Of a DNA stretch of 44,050 bases, positions 40,091 through 44,050 are shown piece after piece. The position numbers and the translations under genes were made by a program. Within the stretch, counting starts at the first letter, position 1; each line of letters starts with the position of its first letter. The notes below the pieces were generated by a model. It searched no databases, had not been told where the DNA came from, and worked only from the letters and a program-made list of their open reading frames with translations. This DNA comes from a virus. The DNA lies in the IMG/VR virus record IMGVR_UViG_3300009285_000021, positions 1 to 44,050 of that record. One strand, 5' to 3'.

Positions 40091-40851
40091 CTTACGAAGT
40101 TATCATTTTGAACTGGAACGCAGTATCAAAACTGGCGTATTGTTTGGAAGCATTAAAACAAAACTCTTTCTATACTTCAAAGATAACGGTTATTGACAAC
40201 GCTTCAACGGACGGAAGTATTGAGTTTTTAAAACTTAAAAAGGTCAATGCTATATTCAATACAGAAAACAAACTCTTCACAAAGGCGTATGCGGATTATT
40301 TAAAAGTAGGTGGTAAGGATAAATACTTTGTTGTTATGAATAACGATTGCGTAGTTGAAAAGAATTGGGATAAACCGTTAATTGAGTTTATGGAAAAGAA
40401 CGAACGGGTCGGATTGGTAGCACCTATGTTGGTTGATATAACAGGTCAGCAAGTACAGAATATGGGCGGACTGGCGGACTTCTGTTCTCACAAGGGCGGA
40501 GTACCACAGATGTGGAAACAACCGGAAGAGAACTTATGGACTACCGGGGCTTGTATTATGGTTCGGCGTTCTGCATTTGATGAAGTCGGCGGATTTGATG
40601 AACAGTTTGCGTTCTATTGCTCAGATAGTGATTTGTGTTTGAAATTGGGTTTTGCTGGTTACAAAGTATTCAACATACCCGAAAGCAAGGTCAGACATTT
40701 TCACATGCAGTCAACAAGAAAAGCACAAAGCGAAGGATTACCGATAATGCAGATAGGTCAGCAAGACCAGTTAAAATTTAACCGCAAATACGAGTTACAC
40801 GGTTTGCGGATAGGTCAAATGAGAGAGCCAGTATTGGAGGCAGTTGTATGA
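40087..40851 (+). CDS. Glycosyltransferase family 2
   Basis: Motifs VIILNWNA...TVIDNASTDGS...VMNNDC...GACIMVRRSAFDEVGGFDEQFAFYCSDSDLCLK. Confidence 0.8.
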   Translation: MTYEVIILNWNAVSKLAYCLEALKQNSFYTSKITVIDNASTDGSIEFLKLKKVNAIFNTENKLFTKAYADYLKVGGKDKYFVVMNNDCVVEKNWDKPLIEFMEKNERVGLVAPMLVDITGQQVQNMGGLADFCSHKGGVPQMWKQPEENLWTTGACIMVRRSAFDEVGGFDEQFAFYCSDSDLCLKLGFAGYKVFNIPESKVRHFHMQSTRKAQSEGLPIMQIGQQDQLKFNRKYELHGLRIGQMREPVLEAVV

Positions 40852-41597
40852 GTTATTCAGGCACAGGGGATATAATAAATCGGTGGAACGGCACACGTAG
40901 AATCACGGTGGGTGCTGGTACTTTTATGATTACGACTAATGTTATCGAAGCTATGATAATAAAAGCGGACGCAATCATTGACGTATACACAAGTAATATT
41001 TACGGGACAACTGGTTTCGGTACAAACGTATACGGAACAAAAAGCGTACCACCTATTATAAAATCAATCAGCGAGGATTTAGCGGCGGCGTATTGTATTG
41101 ATGGGTTGGTAATACCCGTGGAAGATGAACTACTTTCTTACGGAACAAGATTAGAAGAAAGAGCAATGGGATTACTAGAAAAAATATCCGCAGGGGAATT
41201 ACCTTTACTCGGATACAATCCAGAAGAAACTGCAATACCTCAAGGCGGAGATTATGACTTTACCGTGTATGATGAAGTTGTTTCATTAAGCGGTACGGAG
41301 TTGGTCAATCTTGCTTGGCGAAAGGTTGTACCTTATAGTGAAGATGTAAAGATAAATGTTTTAGACGGTACAACTGAATATGTTAGAGATACAGATTACA
41401 AAATGTATTACTTTAATGACAGGACTTCGGGAACTAACTTCGGAAAGATTAGACGGTTAGCGACTGGCTCGATAACAAACAATCAACAGGTTAAGATTTC
41501 TTACAACGTCTATAAAGAGCATGTTTTTGGAATAGTTGATCGGCAGGCAATGGGGCAAGTTGACAGTAATGTTGGAATAGGTCAGGTGCTTCCATGA
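40848..41597 (+). CDS. Head-tail connector/adaptor candidate
   Basis: ATGA-coupled 249-aa ORF in the connector slot. The N-terminal helices (IEAMIIKADAIIDVY) are gp6-like. Weak call. Confidence 0.45.
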   Translation: MSYSGTGDIINRWNGTRRITVGAGTFMITTNVIEAMIIKADAIIDVYTSNIYGTTGFGTNVYGTKSVPPIIKSISEDLAAAYCIDGLVIPVEDELLSYGTRLEERAMGLLEKISAGELPLLGYNPEETAIPQGGDYDFTVYDEVVSLSGTELVNLAWRKVVPYSEDVKINVLDGTTEYVRDTDYKMYYFNDRTSGTNFGKIRRLATGSITNNQQVKISYNVYKEHVFGIVDRQAMGQVDSNVGIGQVLP

Positions 41598-42061
41598 ACG
41601 TAGAAATTAAAGGTTTAGACGAGTTGAAACGGATAATGTCAGATATTCGTACTGACATACTTAACGATTCGTCAGAACTTCTAGATTACATAGCGGACAA
41701 GGTTGTTTTCCCGTCTATCATTCGAAACTTTAAAGAAGAGGGACGTCCGAAGTGGCAGGGGTTAGCACCTCGTACACAATTAGAAAGAGCAGGGGAAGGT
41801 TATCCGCCTTCTAATCCGATTCTGTTTCGGACCGGCGAACTGTTTAGAAACTCGACAACAAAAGACGGGGTTAATTACGACTTAGGAAAACATCAGTTGA
41901 CTATGGATTGCATGTTGCGGAAGGGTGAGTGGTTGCATTTTGGAGTTGGCAAGTTACCTGCAAGACCGTTCTTTTACTTACAGAAAGAAGATGAAGCGAA
42001 AGCGGATAGAGAAGTTGGGGTTTTTGTTTCTAAAAAATTACAAAGGATATTAAAGGCATGA
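41594..42061 (+). CDS. Virion morphogenesis / neck protein (Mu gpG or HK97 gp10-like)
   Basis: GRPKWQGLAP.T...PILFRTGELF.S...HFGVGKLPARPFFYL matches the conserved C-terminal (L)P.RPF motif of this family. Confidence 0.6.
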   Translation: MNVEIKGLDELKRIMSDIRTDILNDSSELLDYIADKVVFPSIIRNFKEEGRPKWQGLAPRTQLERAGEGYPPSNPILFRTGELFRNSTTKDGVNYDLGKHQLTMDCMLRKGEWLHFGVGKLPARPFFYLQKEDEAKADREVGVFVSKKLQRILKA

Positions 42062-42351
42062 AATATTATAAAATAAAAACTATTAAAATAAGTAACAATA
42101 CAAGTCAAGATCCTAGTTGGTTGGATGAAAAATATAATAATGGAACTATTAAACGGATTAGATGTTCATCTGATTTAAGTTATGTTTTAGTTGTTTCAAA
42201 AGAATTATTAAACATAAAAGATATATTGGAAATAACCGATATTGAAAAAGAACTTGATATTATATATAGTGAATATCCTTTTATTGATGAATATGGAGTA
42301 ACTATAAATAGACCGACATTAAAAGAAATAGTGGGGGATATATGGCTATAA
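42058..42351 (+). CDS. Hypothetical protein (97 aa), AT-rich
   Basis: ATGA-coupled ORF with noticeably lower GC than the upstream genes. Confidence 0.45.
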   Translation: MKYYKIKTIKISNNTSQDPSWLDEKYNNGTIKRIRCSSDLSYVLVVSKELLNIKDILEITDIEKELDIIYSEYPFIDEYGVTINRPTLKEIVGDIWL

Positions 42352-44050
42352 TCAATATATCTGGAACTATAGGAACTAATGGAACTTGGACTAACAATAA
42401 TGAATATCATTTTACAGCTAATTCTGAAATATCTAAAAATGTTAATATTAAAATAGAACCGAATACTCATGTGATGTATGATTCGGCAGTAACATTTAAT
42501 GTTAGGGGCGGACTAAATGCGATTGGTAATTTTGGTTCAAGAATATATTTTGAAAGTTCTTTAGCTGCTCCACGGACAAATTCTTTTACTTCAGCATTAT
42601 CTATGGGTACACATGATTTAATTAATTTGGACTATATAACTATTCGTAATTGTTCCAATGCTTTTAAATTTAATGGAAGTACTAATCTTGGTAATTTTCA
42701 AGGAAGCCATATCTTTACCGAGAATACAACAAATGTTAATAATATCGCTCCATCGGTAAATGATTATATAAAATATTCATATTCTATTTTTAATTATCCG
42801 AATAATTTATTTAACAATGCAAATAATTTTACATTATATCATGATACATGTGAAATTATGGCTAATGGTAATTTGACTACTGGTACGAACACAGTTAATA
42901 CATTATTTAAAGATGTTAAATTTACAGGCCATTCTGCAGTTGTTAGACTAAATTCTTTTCAAGGTACTGGGATGTATTTTAAAAAAGTAACAAATGTGGA
43001 TTGGTATGGAACTAACAATGTTTTAGAAAGCAGTATATTTGATATATTAGCTTTCAGTCGTTCTTTATTGGGTGCTGATATAAAAGCCAATAAATGCGAG
43101 TATGTTAGTTATCTTCCATCTGCTCAAATTACAGGTACAGTAATTACCGGAACGTTGATTGGTGCAGGACAGTTTAATAATTGTTATGTTGCAGGGTTAA
43201 ATTCTTATGTTAATACATATTGCGAAACCGGAACAGGTGGAAGTATTGACGGGACAGTTGCTGTAACAAGTGCAGGAACAATGTTATCTAATGTTAAATA
43301 TTACGCTTTAAGTGGAACATCAAGGCGATTTACTTTCCTTCCAACAAATATATCAGTTGGAACTGTAGGGACGAATCAAGCCGTTGTTAGTTGGAATACT
43401 GATTTTAGAACTGAACATTCTTTAGTAATAGGCACAATATCTGGCAATTATAATGGGACTATATCTCCGTTTTATTGTTGGACTGGATGTTATGGAAATG
43501 ATTTATATGGAACTACTGCTCAAGTAACTGCATGCTCTCTTCAGGCTGGAACATATTTTTATGTACCAAGATCATACGATTTATTAAAAGATGTTTGGGT
43601 GTCGGGAACAGAAGGAACTTTTGTAATAAGCACAATGTCCATAACGAATGTAACAATAGATAAAACATCAATGACTACTGCGGATAGTGTAACTGTAACT
43701 ATAACCACAGCAACAGGAACTCCGACTGTTGTAGGTGTAAGAATAAACGGAATAGATTTTGAAGCTAGTGGTTCTGCGGGAACGTATACTGTAACAATAA
43801 AAGGAATAAATATAGGAATCGGTTCTGCATTGTCAGTTGTTGCTTATGCGACAAACGATAGTAGTGGAGATGGCATGACTTGTGCAAATACATTAACTGT
43901 AACTCAATCGGTTTACAGTAATCAATACAATATACTGTTAGGTGACTTAAGAGATTTGCTCAATGCAGAGTTTGCTACTGCTGAAAATATGGCTGTGTTA
44001 ATCGGTGATAGGGTATTTCTCGGAAGTATTCCTGCTATTGTTCTTGAGCC
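42342..44050 (+). CDS. 5' part of a junction-spanning 668-aa ORF (it continues at 1-375). It encodes a right-handed beta-helix domain, FN3-like and Ig-like modules, and a neck-protein domain.
   Basis: I translated it by hand from the ATG at 42342 and found no stop before the window end. It is absent from the ORF track, presumably because it has no in-window stop. PbH1-like repeats are present (LDYITIRNCSNAFKFNG..., FTGHSAVVRLN). The FN3-like segment is ISVGTVGTNQAVVSWNT, and the Ig-like segment is ITNVTIDKTSMTTADSVTVTIT. Confidence 0.7.
   Translation, partial: MAIINISGTIGTNGTWTNNNEYHFTANSEISKNVNIKIEPNTHVMYDSAVTFNVRGGLNAIGNFGSRIYFESSLAAPRTNSFTSALSMGTHDLINLDYITIRNCSNAFKFNGSTNLGNFQGSHIFTENTTNVNNIAPSVNDYIKYSYSIFNYPNNLFNNANNFTLYHDTCEIMANGNLTTGTNTVNTLFKDVKFTGHSAVVRLNSFQGTGMYFKKVTNVDWYGTNNVLESSIFDILAFSRSLLGADIKANKCEYVSYLPSAQITGTVITGTLIGAGQFNNCYVAGLNSYVNTYCETGTGGSIDGTVAVTSAGTMLSNVKYYALSGTSRRFTFLPTNISVGTVGTNQAVVSWNTDFRTEHSLVIGTISGNYNGTISPFYCWTGCYGNDLYGTTAQVTACSLQAGTYFYVPRSYDLLKDVWVSGTEGTFVISTMSITNVTIDKTSMTTADSVTVTITTATGTPTVVGVRINGIDFEASGSAGTYTVTIKGINIGIGSALSVVAYATNDSSGDGMTCANTLTVTQSVYSNQYNILLGDLRDLLNAEFATAENMAVLIGDRVFLGSIPAIVLE
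43974..44050. repeat. Second copy of the 77-bp terminal overlap
   Basis: Identical to bases 1-77. Confidence 0.95.

Noticed and set aside
1-44050. Lysogeny module, or a transposable Mu-like lifestyle suggested by the Mu-like head genes
   Set aside because: I recognised no integrase, transposase (MuA/MuB-like), CI/Cro-type repressor pair or attachment-site repeats. The only terminal repeat is the 77-nt assembly overlap. The genome therefore reads as virulent or as non-integrating.

Overview
The window is a complete, circularly closed dsDNA tailed-phage genome with a siphovirus-like tail module and a Mu-like head module. Bases 1-77 are repeated exactly at 43974-44050, which looks like a k-mer assembly overlap, so the unit genome is 43,973 bp. 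Every credible gene is on the + strand. Most genes are chained by ATGA/TAATG stop-start overlaps and preceded by GGAGG-type ribosome-binding sites. The minus-strand ORFs in the track look like antisense artefacts.

Gene order:
- Tail module, 42342 through the junction to 6981: a junction-spanning beta-helix/neck-protein fusion, major tail protein, chaperone with a -1 frameshift, tape measure and tip proteins.
- Lysis cassette, 7498-10130: holin-like proteins, an M15 peptidase and a secreted SLT transglycosylase.
- Early region driven by a consensus sigma70-type promoter at 10237: Zn-ribbon mini-proteins, an (X-Gly)48 repeat protein, an RHH regulator, and RecT plus a PD-(D/E)XK exonuclease.
- An oriC-like element at 14183-14625: 9 DnaA boxes, a (CTA)7 DnaA-trio-like array and an AT-rich tract.
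- About 25 small early genes, including a half-size PnuC-like membrane protein, YopX and an SPPY DNA methyltransferase.
- A third consensus promoter at 20251 with a structured leader. It drives a ~10 kb translationally coupled accessory operon: two HNH genes, glycosyltransferases, a SAM methyltransferase, a B12-radical-SAM enzyme, a Prs-like plus NAMPT-like NAD pair (NARP1-like), and a SPASM/twitch radical-SAM enzyme.
- Packaging and head module, 30630-42351: TerL, a portal-MuF fusion, protease/scaffold and capsid. It is interrupted twice by methyltransferase/glycosyltransferase inserts.

I saw no integrase, repressor, DNA polymerase, helicase, primase, tRNA or CRISPR array. All functional calls rest on motif recognition by eye and on synteny. 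No database search was possible.
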